A stretch of DNA of 64,000 nt from an uncultured Candidatus Saccharibacteria bacterium (GTDB lineage: Bacteria > Patescibacteriota > Dojkabacteria > SC72): the NCBI GenBank assembly GCA_964403155.1, contig CAYOEG010000001.1, positions 85,550-149,549 of the forward strand, written 5' to 3'. The notes under the pieces were generated by a model. The model was not told the origin of the DNA and ran no database searches. It saw nothing but the letters and a program-made list of their open reading frames with translations. Numbering within the stretch: the stretch's first letter is position 1; the number at the start of each line of letters is the position of its first letter. This document shows positions 1 to 10,109 of this stretch, piece after piece. The translations under genes and the position numbers were made by a program.

Positions 1-2885
1 CATACCCACATATATTCCTTATCTGGCATTGTGTAGAGGATATTTTCATATTGATTCAGATATTGTCCATATACTTCCTGGGTTATCCCTTCATCGAAAT
101 ATACCTTAAATATTTCATCACTGAAATTTGATTTGTTTAACGCCCAAAGCGCTTCTGAAGCTTGATAATCATATGCAAATGAATTCTTCCCATATACTAC
201 TGGAATCTTAATCTCTATCTCATCACCAGGCATGACCGAAGCTACAAGCAAAGAATCCTTGGAATCTTCTGATATCAGTGGATGTTCAACGAATGAATTA
301 GAAAGTTCCAATGATACATTTCTTATAGTTACTTTTGATTTCTGATTAGTAGCATTAAGGGCATATACAGAGATTGAGAGATCTTCAGAATTAGATATTA
401 GCACTGGGATTAATATTTCTTGAGCGCCATACCCATCCTTTGAGTTAAAATACTTGTCTTTGTTTAAACACTTCTTAGAAGAACCGGAATAGAGACAGAC
501 TCCAATTAAAGATTCATCTGAAGATTCCCAGTTAAGAGAGAGTTTTGCTATGTATTGTTTGCCATAATCTAATGTTAGTTTACTCTGAACACATGGTAAA
601 TCAGAAGTCCCTTCAATTATGAATCCGGATGCTATCTTTTCTGGAGTTACACTGCTGAATGAAGAGAATTGATCGCCAGAGCAATCTCCAGCAGTACTTT
701 CAGACAACTTCGTTGTTAAATCCATGCTCTCAAAAGAGGAATTCGAGACAGTGTATAGATAGGAGATAGAGCCCCAATAGCTATCAATGGTTATTCCGCT
801 TCGTATATCTTGTTCTTTAAATACGTAATTTGATGCGACAAGATAATCAAATGTACCTATTGAGCCAAAATCCCTCTTACTTCGCAAGTTTAGTTCCGCG
901 ACGAGAGGAATAGATGGAGAGGTAGCAAGATGAGAATTACTAACAAAGATGTTTGTCGGAAGAGATTTCTGATCTAGATCCTTAGGATTAAGAGTTAAGA
1001 ATGTAGAATTCCCAGTATATGTTATTCTTTTGTTAATATATTGATCAATGCTATTCACAGGGACAGTATCATCAAATATCTCAATACCTGTATTTGAAAC
1101 AGATACTGAAGACGTTTCAGACTTTAATTTATATAGTTCGAGGAAATTATCTTGCCACACCATCTCCCAGCTTTTGGTATATGTGTCTAAGGCTTCCCAA
1201 TTTAGAGAATGACCATATCTGCCTTCTACCAAACTCCTATCAACAAGCACATACTCAACATCATAGGCCAGAAGTTCTTGTGTGAATTCTCTTCCATTTC
1301 CAGTCTCAAATAGATTTGCTAGTTTTAGCATAGCACTCTCTGAATAGGAGGAACCTATCGACAAAGACATATCCATAAGCGGATTAGGAATTATATATCC
1401 TAAAAATTGAGAGCCAATAAAGCCCCAGTTATACTCCCTAAAGTACCCATTATTCGCAGGGGGTGCATAATATATTCTTGCATCGGTGTCATTCTTTAGA
1501 TACTTCTCCAGCTGGTAATATTCATTTGGGAGTAACACTGTTGCTCTCTTCGTAAATAAATCCCCCGTAAAAAGGTACTCTGCGTAAAAGAGAGAACTGA
1601 CAGAAACTAATAAAGAAAGGATTGTAATTGGGACATATTTCCACTTACCTTTAAGGAAAGAACCCAAGAAGTTCACAAAAAGTAAGAATCCAATACCCGC
1701 AGTTAATATCAACGTAATCAGGTATGGCTGTAATAGCTTGGAAGATATCCAACGGAAGACTTCTTTAAATACTGGAATATTCTCCTGCAACCATATATAT
1801 ATCACTCCTAATGGCTCATTTTGATTTTTCAGCAAGAAGAGACAACCTAACATTACAATCCAAAGAGGTATGAGAGAATATTTTTTCTTCGTGACAACAA
1901 AAACCAAACCTAATACAGAGAAGAGTAGGGGTACATACCCTATCACTTTGTAAAAATCATATTTATTGTAATCTGTAGAAAAGGGGAATATATACGATCC
2001 AGTGGTAGGATCATCCGTAGTGCCCAATAATCTAGTAAAGAATCTTGCAGAGTTATTTAAAGTCATCATATCTTTTTCAAGATCTATCGTGCTCGCTGTA
2101 ATACTTCTATTTGTATATGACCCTATCAGATTGTTACTTGCAGAGATTGTATAGCCCACAAATGGTAACAGCCAGAATAGCTGAGTCACCAATACAATAC
2201 AGATTGTTAGAATAATTTTTTTAAGTTTGTATTTAAATAGCCAACCGAAAAAAAGCACAAAGAATACAATAAGTACGATATCCACGAAGAAGAGGGTTGC
2301 AATAACTGATGTTGCAGTGAACAATATCAAGGCAAGAAATAGATACAGTAATCTACGATAGGACCAATTTTCGAATAGTAGATAGATACAGAGTATGACT
2401 AATGGAAGAAAACCAAATTGAGTAATGTACGGCATCATATTGAAATTGAATACCCATGCAGTCCAAAGAGTTGTGATGTATAGAATACCCGCAATTAAGA
2501 AGGATATTTTTGCATACTTAGTTTTTACAAAATCCCTCACCAATAAATATGTTAAGAATGCCGTAGAGAATGTACCTACCCATATACTTAGCAAGGAGAA
2601 GATCTGAGCAACAGAGCTATTCGGTAATATGAGATTCATAAATCCTAATAATCCTGCCCTAAATATGTCTGCCTGTTCACTATCTGATGCAAAACCTAAT
2701 CCCCTGTAGCTTCTCCATGCAGGAGATATCAACGACCTAAATATTGTTAGTTTAGGATTTAGTTCTGGGGAATAGTTATCATTACTTAATAAGTATCTGT
2801 CTGGTACGAAGGAGAGTATTGAGACTATTAAAAGGATTATTCCAAGTACAATTATTGGCCAATATTTTCTTAAAAAATTTTTCAT
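1..2885 (-). CDS. Large polytopic membrane protein, probable GT-C fold glycosyltransferase (YfhO/AftD-like) with extracellular C-terminal region; 3' end outside window
   Basis: Missing from ORF track because it runs off the window. Manual translation from ATG at 2885: MKKFLRKYWPIIVLGIILL...SNDNYSPELNP...AWRSYRGLG..., many hydrophobic helices, FRWISSK motif; same frame is still open at positions 3-60 (LNQYENILYTMPDKEYMWV). Confidence 0.7.
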   Translation of the reverse strand, partial: MKNFLRKYWPIIVLGIILLIVSILSFVPDRYLLSNDNYSPELNPKLTIFRSLISPAWRSYRGLGFASDSEQADIFRAGLLGFMNLILPNSSVAQIFSLLSIWVGTFSTAFLTYLLVRDFVKTKYAKISFLIAGILYITTLWTAWVFNFNMMPYITQFGFLPLVILCIYLLFENWSYRRLLYLFLALILFTATSVIATLFFVDIVLIVFFVLFFGWLFKYKLKKIILTICIVLVTQLFWLLPFVGYTISASNNLIGSYTNRSITASTIDLEKDMMTLNNSARFFTRLLGTTDDPTTGSYIFPFSTDYNKYDFYKVIGYVPLLFSVLGLVFVVTKKKYSLIPLWIVMLGCLFLLKNQNEPLGVIYIWLQENIPVFKEVFRWISSKLLQPYLITLILTAGIGFLLFVNFLGSFLKGKWKYVPITILSLLVSVSSLFYAEYLFTGDLFTKRATVLLPNEYYQLEKYLKNDTDARIYYAPPANNGYFREYNWGFIGSQFLGYIIPNPLMDMSLSIGSSYSESAMLKLANLFETGNGREFTQELLAYDVEYVLVDRSLVEGRYGHSLNWEALDTYTKSWEMVWQDNFLELYKLKSETSSVSVSNTGIEIFDDTVPVNSIDQYINKRITYTGNSTFLTLNPKDLDQKSLPTNIFVSNSHLATSPSIPLVAELNLRSKRDFGSIGTFDYLVASNYVFKEQDIRSGITIDSYWGSISYLYTVSNSSFESMDLTTKLSESTAGDCSGDQFSSFSSVTPEKIASGFIIEGTSDLPCVQSKLTLDYGKQYIAKLSLNWESSDESLIGVCLYSGSSKKCLNKDKYFNSKDGYGAQEILIPVLISNSEDLSISVYALNATNQKSKVTIRNVSLELSNSFVEHPLISEDSKDSLLVASVMPGDEIEIKIPVVYGKNSFAYDYQASEALWALNKSNFSDEIFKVYFDEGITQEVYGQYLNQYENILYTMPDKEYMWV

Positions 2886-2968
2886 ACTCTTTAAATATAT
2901 CAAAATATTTGACTTTAGAGTAATCATTACAATATATTAGAGGTATATAAGTTTACTGCTCAAAAGTT

Positions 2969-3676
2969 ATGCCTACTTCAACAGGAGATGATAATGGATC
3001 AGATAAAACACTTGGAGTTGTAGAGTCTGCTAGTCCTGTAACAGGATTTATGGTTGTCCCAGAGACAGATAATTCAAGCGAAGTGACAAAGACACCCGAA
3101 GAAAGAATTTTAGAACTAGAAAAACAACTAAAAGAAACAGATAGACAATTAAAAAGTGTAAAGACAAAGCTGAGCAAAACAAGGGAACATGTTAAATATT
3201 TGCAAGAAGTTCTTAATGATGATTATGAACAAGATGAGGAAAGCTATAGGAATCCTTTATCTAGAGATCCAAACGCCCCGCCTCCAATACCAACAGAGGA
3301 AGAGAAGATGGAGATGTTCCGTACAGTTACTCCACCATCATTATCTCCTATGATGCCACCGCCTTTACCAGGGAGTCAGCAGGAAACAGTACCTATTCAA
3401 ATGAGTAACCCCACTTTTATATCTCCTATAGACCCGAACACTTACCAGGGATCGCTTGAGCCAGAGGGATTACAAGCTCTGAATGCAGATATTCATACAC
3501 ACAATGAAAACATAGCAAATGGGAATCCATATGCTCAGAATCATGAAATAAATAATAGCCAAGCACAATCCAGCATTGATGATACTCGCCCAGTAACACC
3601 ACCACCTCTTCCAACACCACCACCACCACTACAAACGACCCCACCATCATTACCAGGTTTTACACCAGCCTATTAG
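2969..3676 (+). CDS. Hypothetical protein with coiled coil and polyproline tracts
   Basis: 235 aa ORF; heptad segment ERILELEKQLKETDRQLKSVKTKL; repeated TPPPLP. Confidence 0.7.
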   Translation: MPTSTGDDNGSDKTLGVVESASPVTGFMVVPETDNSSEVTKTPEERILELEKQLKETDRQLKSVKTKLSKTREHVKYLQEVLNDDYEQDEESYRNPLSRDPNAPPPIPTEEEKMEMFRTVTPPSLSPMMPPPLPGSQQETVPIQMSNPTFISPIDPNTYQGSLEPEGLQALNADIHTHNENIANGNPYAQNHEINNSQAQSSIDDTRPVTPPPLPTPPPPLQTTPPSLPGFTPAY

Positions 3677-3774
3677 GTAACCGAAAATCTTGCTCTTATC
3701 ATAAAATATAGTTGTTTGACATTTTTCATTTTTAAACATATATTGTTAGATGTATAAGTTTACTGTCTATATAT

Positions 3775-4518
3775 ATGAGCTTTGACCCAAATTTACCAGA
3801 GTCCGGTAATTCTGCAACAGTCGATGGGGGAACTCCTACTTCAACATCCACAGCCGTTGAAGAGACTCCTGTTTTAACACAAACATCCAGTATATATGAC
3901 GAGCAAGGGCGAATAACTAATCCCGATATTGCACAAGATATCGCAAATAATGAGAATGCTGCTAGAGATATAGAGAACAAGTATTTAGGAGATTCAGAAC
4001 GGGGAATGACAGAACAAGAGAAAACTAACTTAGAGATTGGGGCTATGCTCTTTGAAAAATATCCTCATGCAATAAGAGTAGATATGGATGAGCAAGGTCA
4101 AAGATTTTACACAATGGTATCTACTGGGAATCAATATAAAGAAGAAATCGCACTCGACCAACAAAATCAAAGAACCAATGGAATTGGAGTTGCCCATAAA
4201 GCCCTTGTAAATGATTTGACTGGTATGGTAGGTAATTTCGCAGGTATAGATTCTAACATTAGAGAGATCTTGCGCCAAGCTCTTACAGAAATTTGGGCAA
4301 CAACACGCTTCTCAAAGAAAGGTCTTGAATATAGAATAAACAACCAGAATAAATGCATTAGCAATTCTCTTCTTCCATTGAAAGAAAAAGATATCTTTGC
4401 TCTTAAGTTGGTATTAGAAAATAATGAGCAATTAATGATAAACGAAGCAAAGAGAAAGGAAGAATTCGACAATAAGAAAGTTGGGTCTCTTGATAAATTG
4501 AAGTCCTTACTAGGATAG
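3775..4518 (+). CDS. Hypothetical protein
   Basis: 247 aa ORF, low-complexity N-terminus, no recognised motif. Confidence 0.7.
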   Translation: MSFDPNLPESGNSATVDGGTPTSTSTAVEETPVLTQTSSIYDEQGRITNPDIAQDIANNENAARDIENKYLGDSERGMTEQEKTNLEIGAMLFEKYPHAIRVDMDEQGQRFYTMVSTGNQYKEEIALDQQNQRTNGIGVAHKALVNDLTGMVGNFAGIDSNIREILRQALTEIWATTRFSKKGLEYRINNQNKCISNSLLPLKEKDIFALKLVLENNEQLMINEAKRKEEFDNKKVGSLDKLKSLLG

Positions 4519-4531
4519 CTTTACAAAACAG

Positions 4532-5869
4532 CTATTTCAACGGATGATTCTTCCTTACAGTTTCCTCTGCAAACTTCTCACTAGCATGTACATACCTTGT
4601 AGTAGTATTTAAACTCTCATGGCCCAACAATACCTGCAAAGCTGCAGGGCTAGCACCATCCTCTGCCATATACGTAGCAAAACCATGCCTCAAACTATGT
4701 GCAGAAGTAGGAATCTGAATACCTAATTTCCTTCTGTATTGAGCAATCTTCTCTTGAAAATAATTAGTCGAAATCCTCATATTATCTTTCCCAAACCTTC
4801 CACCCGAAAAAGGAATAAACAGGGCAGGGGAGTCGAATTTTTCTAAAAATCCACTCTGCCTGTAACTCTCTACCAGTTCAATATATTTCCTATTCCCTTT
4901 ATCAAATATCTCCAAATTTAAATCATTCTCAGATGTTTCACGCTCAGGACCAATATCCGCCAACAATCTATCTACAGTACCAGGTTGTTCATTCTCAGCC
5001 CTATCTGTGAAAGCAAACTTTAACCTTACACTCAGATACTTATTCAACCAATCCAAACTTCTCTCAGTTAAAAAAACCGATCTTTCCTTTTTACCCTTAC
5101 CAATAATGTACATCTTACCCTGGGTATTAACATTCTCCAGATCCAGATTTATAAGTTCTGATATACGCATACCACTAGCAAACAACATCTCCAACATACA
5201 ACGATTACGTATAGCCACTTTCTCATCCTTCTCAAACTCCATTGGAGACTCTATCAACGACACCAGCTCCTTTAGAGAAGCAACCTTCTTCATACGCTTT
5301 TCTCCCTTCATCATATCTACAGCATCAGCCGGCAAAGGAATATCCAAATCCCATTTAACCCTAAATTTCAAAAACGATCTCAAAGATGACAACATCCTGT
5401 TAATACTGTTAACATCCAAACCAGAATTTTTTCTAGCATTGGTATTCATAGGTCTTTCGAATATTCCAAGTGACCCATACACATGGTTGTACACGCCGTC
5501 CAGGAAACTAACCTCAAACACTTCGTCCTTGGCAGGACTTTCTATACCACCCAAATCGCTATCGTTGCTTAAATCGCCCCTAGGAGCCTTGCCCTCGGAT
5601 TGTCTTGGTATATCGGTACTTCTTACACATTCCTTCCTAATTTTATCCAAATCCTTCAAATGTTCACCCGCTTTTAGGTATCCCTTGTACACAGAAATGT
5701 CCTTTTTAGATACATCCATAAAGCTAACACCCCTGAACTTCAAAAACACAGCAAATATACAAAGATCTCTGGCATAGTTACGCACAGTCTGAATACTGTA
5801 GTTACTGTTCTGTAAGTCCATCAAGAAGTCATCTTGATCTGGTAGCTTAGGGAATTCTTTCTTATTCAT
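4532..5869 (-). CDS. XerC/XerD-family tyrosine recombinase with two long insertions
   Basis: SIQTVRNYARDL N-terminal domain; catalytic set GMRISEL, GKGKKER, HSLRHGFAT, LLGH, TTRY. Confidence 0.92.
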   Translation of the reverse strand: MNKKEFPKLPDQDDFLMDLQNSNYSIQTVRNYARDLCIFAVFLKFRGVSFMDVSKKDISVYKGYLKAGEHLKDLDKIRKECVRSTDIPRQSEGKAPRGDLSNDSDLGGIESPAKDEVFEVSFLDGVYNHVYGSLGIFERPMNTNARKNSGLDVNSINRMLSSLRSFLKFRVKWDLDIPLPADAVDMMKGEKRMKKVASLKELVSLIESPMEFEKDEKVAIRNRCMLEMLFASGMRISELINLDLENVNTQGKMYIIGKGKKERSVFLTERSLDWLNKYLSVRLKFAFTDRAENEQPGTVDRLLADIGPERETSENDLNLEIFDKGNRKYIELVESYRQSGFLEKFDSPALFIPFSGGRFGKDNMRISTNYFQEKIAQYRRKLGIQIPTSAHSLRHGFATYMAEDGASPAALQVLLGHESLNTTTRYVHASEKFAEETVRKNHPLK

Positions 5870-6250
5870 ATTAAATTATGTTACTACAAAAATTATTTTT
5901 AACCAATCAGGGTAGGGGGCCAATTTTTTAATTTTCAGATATTAATGAAATATATGTGTAAAAAGGGAACTTGAATAGAAATATATAAATCATGGATATC
6001 TGAGAATTAATTAGAAATATAAAAAGAGCTACACAAGAGGACTTTCATCAGTTTTTAGATATAAGACAGCGTATAAGGGCGATTATACTCGGTTCCATAT
6101 TTCAGAATTGTAACACATATTCCTCTGGAGTAGAAGTCCTCCACCTAAATGTATAAACAGATACATATATGCGAATATCTTAAAATCCTCATACTCTACC
6201 ACGGTACTTCAGAAAAAGAGAATATTAGCAAATACTTATCCACAGTGTCA

Positions 6251-6301
6251 AACTATAGGCTTAGTGAAACTATGGGCCTCGTGCAACTATCGGCCTCCTC
6301 C
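6251..6301. repeat. Three degenerate 17-bp tandem repeats upstream of the recombinase
   Basis: aactataggcttagtga / aactatgggcctcgtgc / aactatcggcctcctcc at 6251, 6268, 6285. Confidence 0.7.
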
Positions 6302-6329
6302 CCCTACTCTCTGTAAGGCTACCCGTAAT

Positions 6330-7151
6330 TTATGAAATTACATTTAGGAAAATAGCAACAAAATATACAACAACCAAAAGAATCATAGAGAAAGTTAGAC
6401 TCACAGAATTCCTTCTAAATATCTGCTCCTGTGTAACCATGCTCACTCCGAAGTAGTACCCTAGCGCTGGAGCTATAGCCGTAAGTTCATGAGTATTACC
6501 CGATAAGAAGACACCTAAGAATAATGTTGAAACAAGAACAAGTGTCAGAAGACTCTTTCTCCACAACTCCCCCTCCTCTATTCCCATATTCATGTAGTGA
6601 ATAAATATGACAACGAAATATATCGCGAGGATCAATGGTATAAGCACATATATAGGCAATTCACTATAAAGGAACCCAAACGTAAAGAAGTAAATCATCA
6701 ACAAGGAAAGAAGATATGAAGAGGTACGACCAACTTGCACAAGTGGCAATTTCTTAAAAAGATTAACGTTGAAAACATTTGCCATCAGGAAGGAAACATA
6801 TATACCTATGAATATGACTACCAATATGAGCAGTAGTATAAAGGCTTCATATATACGGCTAAATTTCTGAAAGAAGAATATCTCTACAAAGATTGCAACT
6901 GAGAAAACAAACAGTGCTGATTGAAGAATATACAATAGTGATTTAGCTTTAATCTGAAAATTAAAAGCCCACAACAAACCAATAAAAGTGATAATGACAT
7001 ACACTCCGCCATCCACGTATACTCTCCAGAGAGGCACCTCTGCCTGGCCTTGTAAGACTTTTGTCAGAAAGATTGCAAGTGAAATTATTCCCGCTATGAA
7101 TAATAACTTTCCTCTCTTCTCACTATCTGTGTTTAAATCATTTCTATCCAT
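6330..7151 (-). CDS. Multi-pass membrane protein coupled to ruvB
   Basis: 273 aa, about 9 hydrophobic segments; start overlaps ruvB stop. Confidence 0.75.
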   Translation of the reverse strand: MDRNDLNTDSEKRGKLLFIAGIISLAIFLTKVLQGQAEVPLWRVYVDGGVYVIITFIGLLWAFNFQIKAKSLLYILQSALFVFSVAIFVEIFFFQKFSRIYEAFILLLILVVIFIGIYVSFLMANVFNVNLFKKLPLVQVGRTSSYLLSLLMIYFFTFGFLYSELPIYVLIPLILAIYFVVIFIHYMNMGIEEGELWRKSLLTLVLVSTLFLGVFLSGNTHELTAIAPALGYYFGVSMVTQEQIFRRNSVSLTFSMILLVVVYFVAIFLNVIS

Positions 7152-8175
7152 TTAACTCTTCAAGATATTTTAATCCTTTTGTAGTTATAACTCTACCTCG
7201 GGACGTACGCTTAACAAAACCACATTTCATCAGATACGGTTCATATACATCTGCGATTGTGGATATATCCTCAGAGAGAGACGCTGCTAATGTTGAAAGC
7301 CCTACTGGTCCACCATTAAAGTTGTTTAATATGGTATGGAGTATAAGCCTATCAATATTCTCTAATCCATTCTCATCTATATCTAATAACTTTAACGTTT
7401 GCTTTACTGCGTCAACATTAATTGTGGTCTTAGATGACTGTTCAACATAATCTCGTACACGTTTGAGTAATCGCAATCCAATTCTAGCAGTACCTCTTGA
7501 AGACGAAGCTAATATTACTAAAGCGTCATCATCAATTGCGATCTTCCAAAGATTGGCAGCTCTTTTAAGGATGGAGATCATATCTTCATCTGTAAAAAAG
7601 TCTAATCTCTGCACCAATCCAAACCTATCTCTCATTGGTGAGCTTATCTTCCCTATCTGTGTTGTTGCTCCTATCAAAGTGAATGGCTCTAAACTTAATC
7701 GTATAGTTTTTGCAGACGGGCCTTTTCCCATTACGATATCTAACACGCCATCTTCCATGGCTGGGTATAAAATTTCCTCTACTACTCTAGATAATCGATG
7801 TATTTCATCAATAAATAACACATCGTTCTTCTTTAATCCCGTAAGTATTGCCGCAAGATCACCCTGGTGCTCAATTGCAGGTCCTGAGGTTATTCTTATA
7901 CCACCCCCTATCTCCTTTGCAATAGCCATCGCAAATGTGGTTTTGCCCAATCCCGGAGGACCGTAGAAAAGAATATGATCTACAACTTCTTTTCGTTTTC
8001 GAGCCGACTCAATCATCATCTTGAGAGTCTTCTTTTCCTGACTTCTACCTATTATTTCATCAAATTTGGAAGGTCTGATCCTCTGCTCTTGTTCCAATAC
8101 CTCTGGTATTTCCTTTGTAGGTATAGCTGGAGATTTTTTCTTGCTTTTTGCTAACTCTGAACTGGATTGAATCAT
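7144..8175 (-). CDS. ruvB: Holliday junction branch migration helicase RuvB
   Basis: RPSKFDEIIG, GPPGLGKTT, FIDEIHR, YEPYL, RTSRGR. Confidence 0.98.
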   Translation of the reverse strand: MIQSSSELAKSKKKSPAIPTKEIPEVLEQEQRIRPSKFDEIIGRSQEKKTLKMMIESARKRKEVVDHILFYGPPGLGKTTFAMAIAKEIGGGIRITSGPAIEHQGDLAAILTGLKKNDVLFIDEIHRLSRVVEEILYPAMEDGVLDIVMGKGPSAKTIRLSLEPFTLIGATTQIGKISSPMRDRFGLVQRLDFFTDEDMISILKRAANLWKIAIDDDALVILASSSRGTARIGLRLLKRVRDYVEQSSKTTINVDAVKQTLKLLDIDENGLENIDRLILHTILNNFNGGPVGLSTLAASLSEDISTIADVYEPYLMKCGFVKRTSRGRVITTKGLKYLEELNG

Positions 8176-8756
8176 TATTCTGTTAATACTTTTTTAATTA
8201 GTTCTTCTATCTCAATCTCTTTGTCTTTTTTCATAATCTTCTCACCTTTTTCTATCTGTTGTTTCAATCCTTCTCCACTGAATCCCAATGCTTTGAGTGC
8301 ATTCTTAAGATCTGTTAATTCTTCATTGTCATTAGTATCCATCTTCTTGAAATCTATCTTTCCCCTCAATTCTAAGATGATCTTCTGTGCACCCTTGCTA
8401 CCAAGCCCAGATGTTTTACTTAATCCTGCATCATCCCCTTCCACAATCATTCTTTCAACCTCTTCTTTTGTATATGTACTTAGGATAGCTAATCCTAGTT
8501 TCGGGCCAATTCCTGATACTGTAAGTAGTTTTTCGAAGAAATCTCTTTCGGATTCTGTTAAAAAACCGAAGAGTGTTTGAGAATCCTCTCTGACATGGAA
8601 AGAGGTAAAAAGAGAAACCATACCGCCATCATTTACGATATCGGTTTTACTTGTGAGAGATACTCTGTATCCTACTCCGCCAGAGGTTAATATATCTACA
8701 AAATTATCCTTTCCTGTATTTATCTTGAGTATTGTACCGGTAATGTATGAGATCAT
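8175..8756 (-). CDS. ruvA: Holliday junction branch migration protein RuvA
   Basis: GVGYRV, HVRED, LFGF, VSGIGPKL; between ruvC and ruvB. Confidence 0.97.
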   Translation of the reverse strand: MISYITGTILKINTGKDNFVDILTSGGVGYRVSLTSKTDIVNDGGMVSLFTSFHVREDSQTLFGFLTESERDFFEKLLTVSGIGPKLGLAILSTYTKEEVERMIVEGDDAGLSKTSGLGSKGAQKIILELRGKIDFKKMDTNDNEELTDLKNALKALGFSGEGLKQQIEKGEKIMKKDKEIEIEELIKKVLTE

Positions 8757-8773
8757 ATGTCCATTATACAGTA

Positions 8774-9259
8774 TTACCCTCTATTCCTCGAGACTAGGAT
8801 TTGGGTAGCTATGGCTATAGCTATAGCGTCTGCGGCATCGTCGGGTTTAGGTATTTCCTCTAACCCACATAGTACTTTTACGTTTTGTTGTACCTGTTTT
8901 TTGTCTGCTTTTCCATATCCTGTTATGGCATCTTTTACTTGTAATGGGGTAAATTCTGTTAATGGGATATTGTTCTGTTCTAATGTTAAAAGTACTACTC
9001 CCCTAGCCTCTCCAACTGAGATTGCAGTTTTTGCATTGTTGCAAAATATGAGTGTTTCTACTCCTGCATACTCAGGCTTAAATTTTTTGATTAGTTCATT
9101 CAAATCTGAATATATTTCAGTAAGTCTTTGAGATATTGTCAGCTCTTTCGCTGTAAGTATGGCACCGTAGTCTACGGGTATTGGGTTGCCATCTTCATTG
9201 AAATCTATGATTGCCCATCCAGTAGTAGCTACTCCTGGGTCTATTCCTAATATTCTCAT
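8774..9259 (-). CDS. ruvC: Crossover junction endodeoxyribonuclease RuvC
   Basis: ILGIDPG, EARGV, GYGKADK, DDAADA. Confidence 0.98.
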   Translation of the reverse strand: MRILGIDPGVATTGWAIIDFNEDGNPIPVDYGAILTAKELTISQRLTEIYSDLNELIKKFKPEYAGVETLIFCNNAKTAISVGEARGVVLLTLEQNNIPLTEFTPLQVKDAITGYGKADKKQVQQNVKVLCGLEEIPKPDDAADAIAIAIATQILVSRNRG

Positions 9260-9428
9260 GGATATATTGTAGCATTAAACTCTCATGTTCTTTAGTATGG
9301 CAATTGCTTCTTTGCAATCATTCATAGCCTTAGCTTATATCTTCTGGAAATAGAAGCCGTAGAATCCACATCTATTCTAATACAAGATACTTTGCTAGTA
9401 ATCCAATTCTTGATATTATAATGTTCTC

Positions 9429-10067
9429 CTATTTTTTCAACATTTCCAAATCATTGATAACGTCCATTCCAGCCCTTACAGCCTTTGAATCTTCCTCTTT
9501 TAAACATTTAGTATCTATCATCACCGCAAGAAGACTATCTTGATTATATAGGTCATCATTCCCACAAAAATCCTCATTTTGTTCGGGGATATTCATAACA
9601 AGTGGATGAGACCTTCCCTCACCAACTGATTTACGTGCGAATTCCATAAAGTAATAATCCTCTACTCCACTATATTCCTGCATCGAGTACGGGTCCATTG
9701 TACTTGGATCTAAATCTATTGCTCTTTCCTTAAAAGGGATTTTCCCCTCGGGTAGTTTTGTAGAGAATATTGCATATACATGGTAATCCTTATTTTCCTT
9801 TTCATGGAAACCACCATGGATCCACTTTAATGATAGAGAATTCAAACTCAAGCGAAGAATATCGGAACTCTGAAATGTTGAGCCTTCTTTCAGAAACTTA
9901 GCCTGTCTTCTAACCCCCTTTATACCAGATAATTCACTTAAAAAAGCTATCACAGATTTTCGCATTTCCACTCTCAAGAGCAGTGTCCATTCTCCACGAG
10001 CTTCTTCATCGAGTTGATGCTCACTAGCATCAGCTCTCTCTATTAAATCTGAGAGATAAGGCGCCAT
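9429..10067 (-). CDS. Hypothetical protein
   Basis: 212 aa ORF inserted between yebC and ruvC. Confidence 0.65.
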   Translation of the reverse strand: MAPYLSDLIERADASEHQLDEEARGEWTLLLRVEMRKSVIAFLSELSGIKGVRRQAKFLKEGSTFQSSDILRLSLNSLSLKWIHGGFHEKENKDYHVYAIFSTKLPEGKIPFKERAIDLDPSTMDPYSMQEYSGVEDYYFMEFARKSVGEGRSHPLVMNIPEQNEDFCGNDDLYNQDSLLAVMIDTKCLKEEDSKAVRAGMDVINDLEMLKK

Positions 10068-10109
10068 ATATAGTATAATTATATAAGTTATATATATTAA
10101 TAATATATA

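Noticed and set aside
5007-5777. 256-aa plus-strand ORF
   Set aside because: Fully antisense to the recombinase; shadow ORF. The same applies to the many short antisense ORFs over core genes
5859-5886. TTATGTTA next to the xer start as a dif site
   Set aside because: Matches part of the XerD arm only; inner CATA..TATG spacing is 6 rather than 8 and the left arm does not fit
6251-6301. CRISPR array
   Set aside because: Tandem 17-mers without spacers; no cas genes
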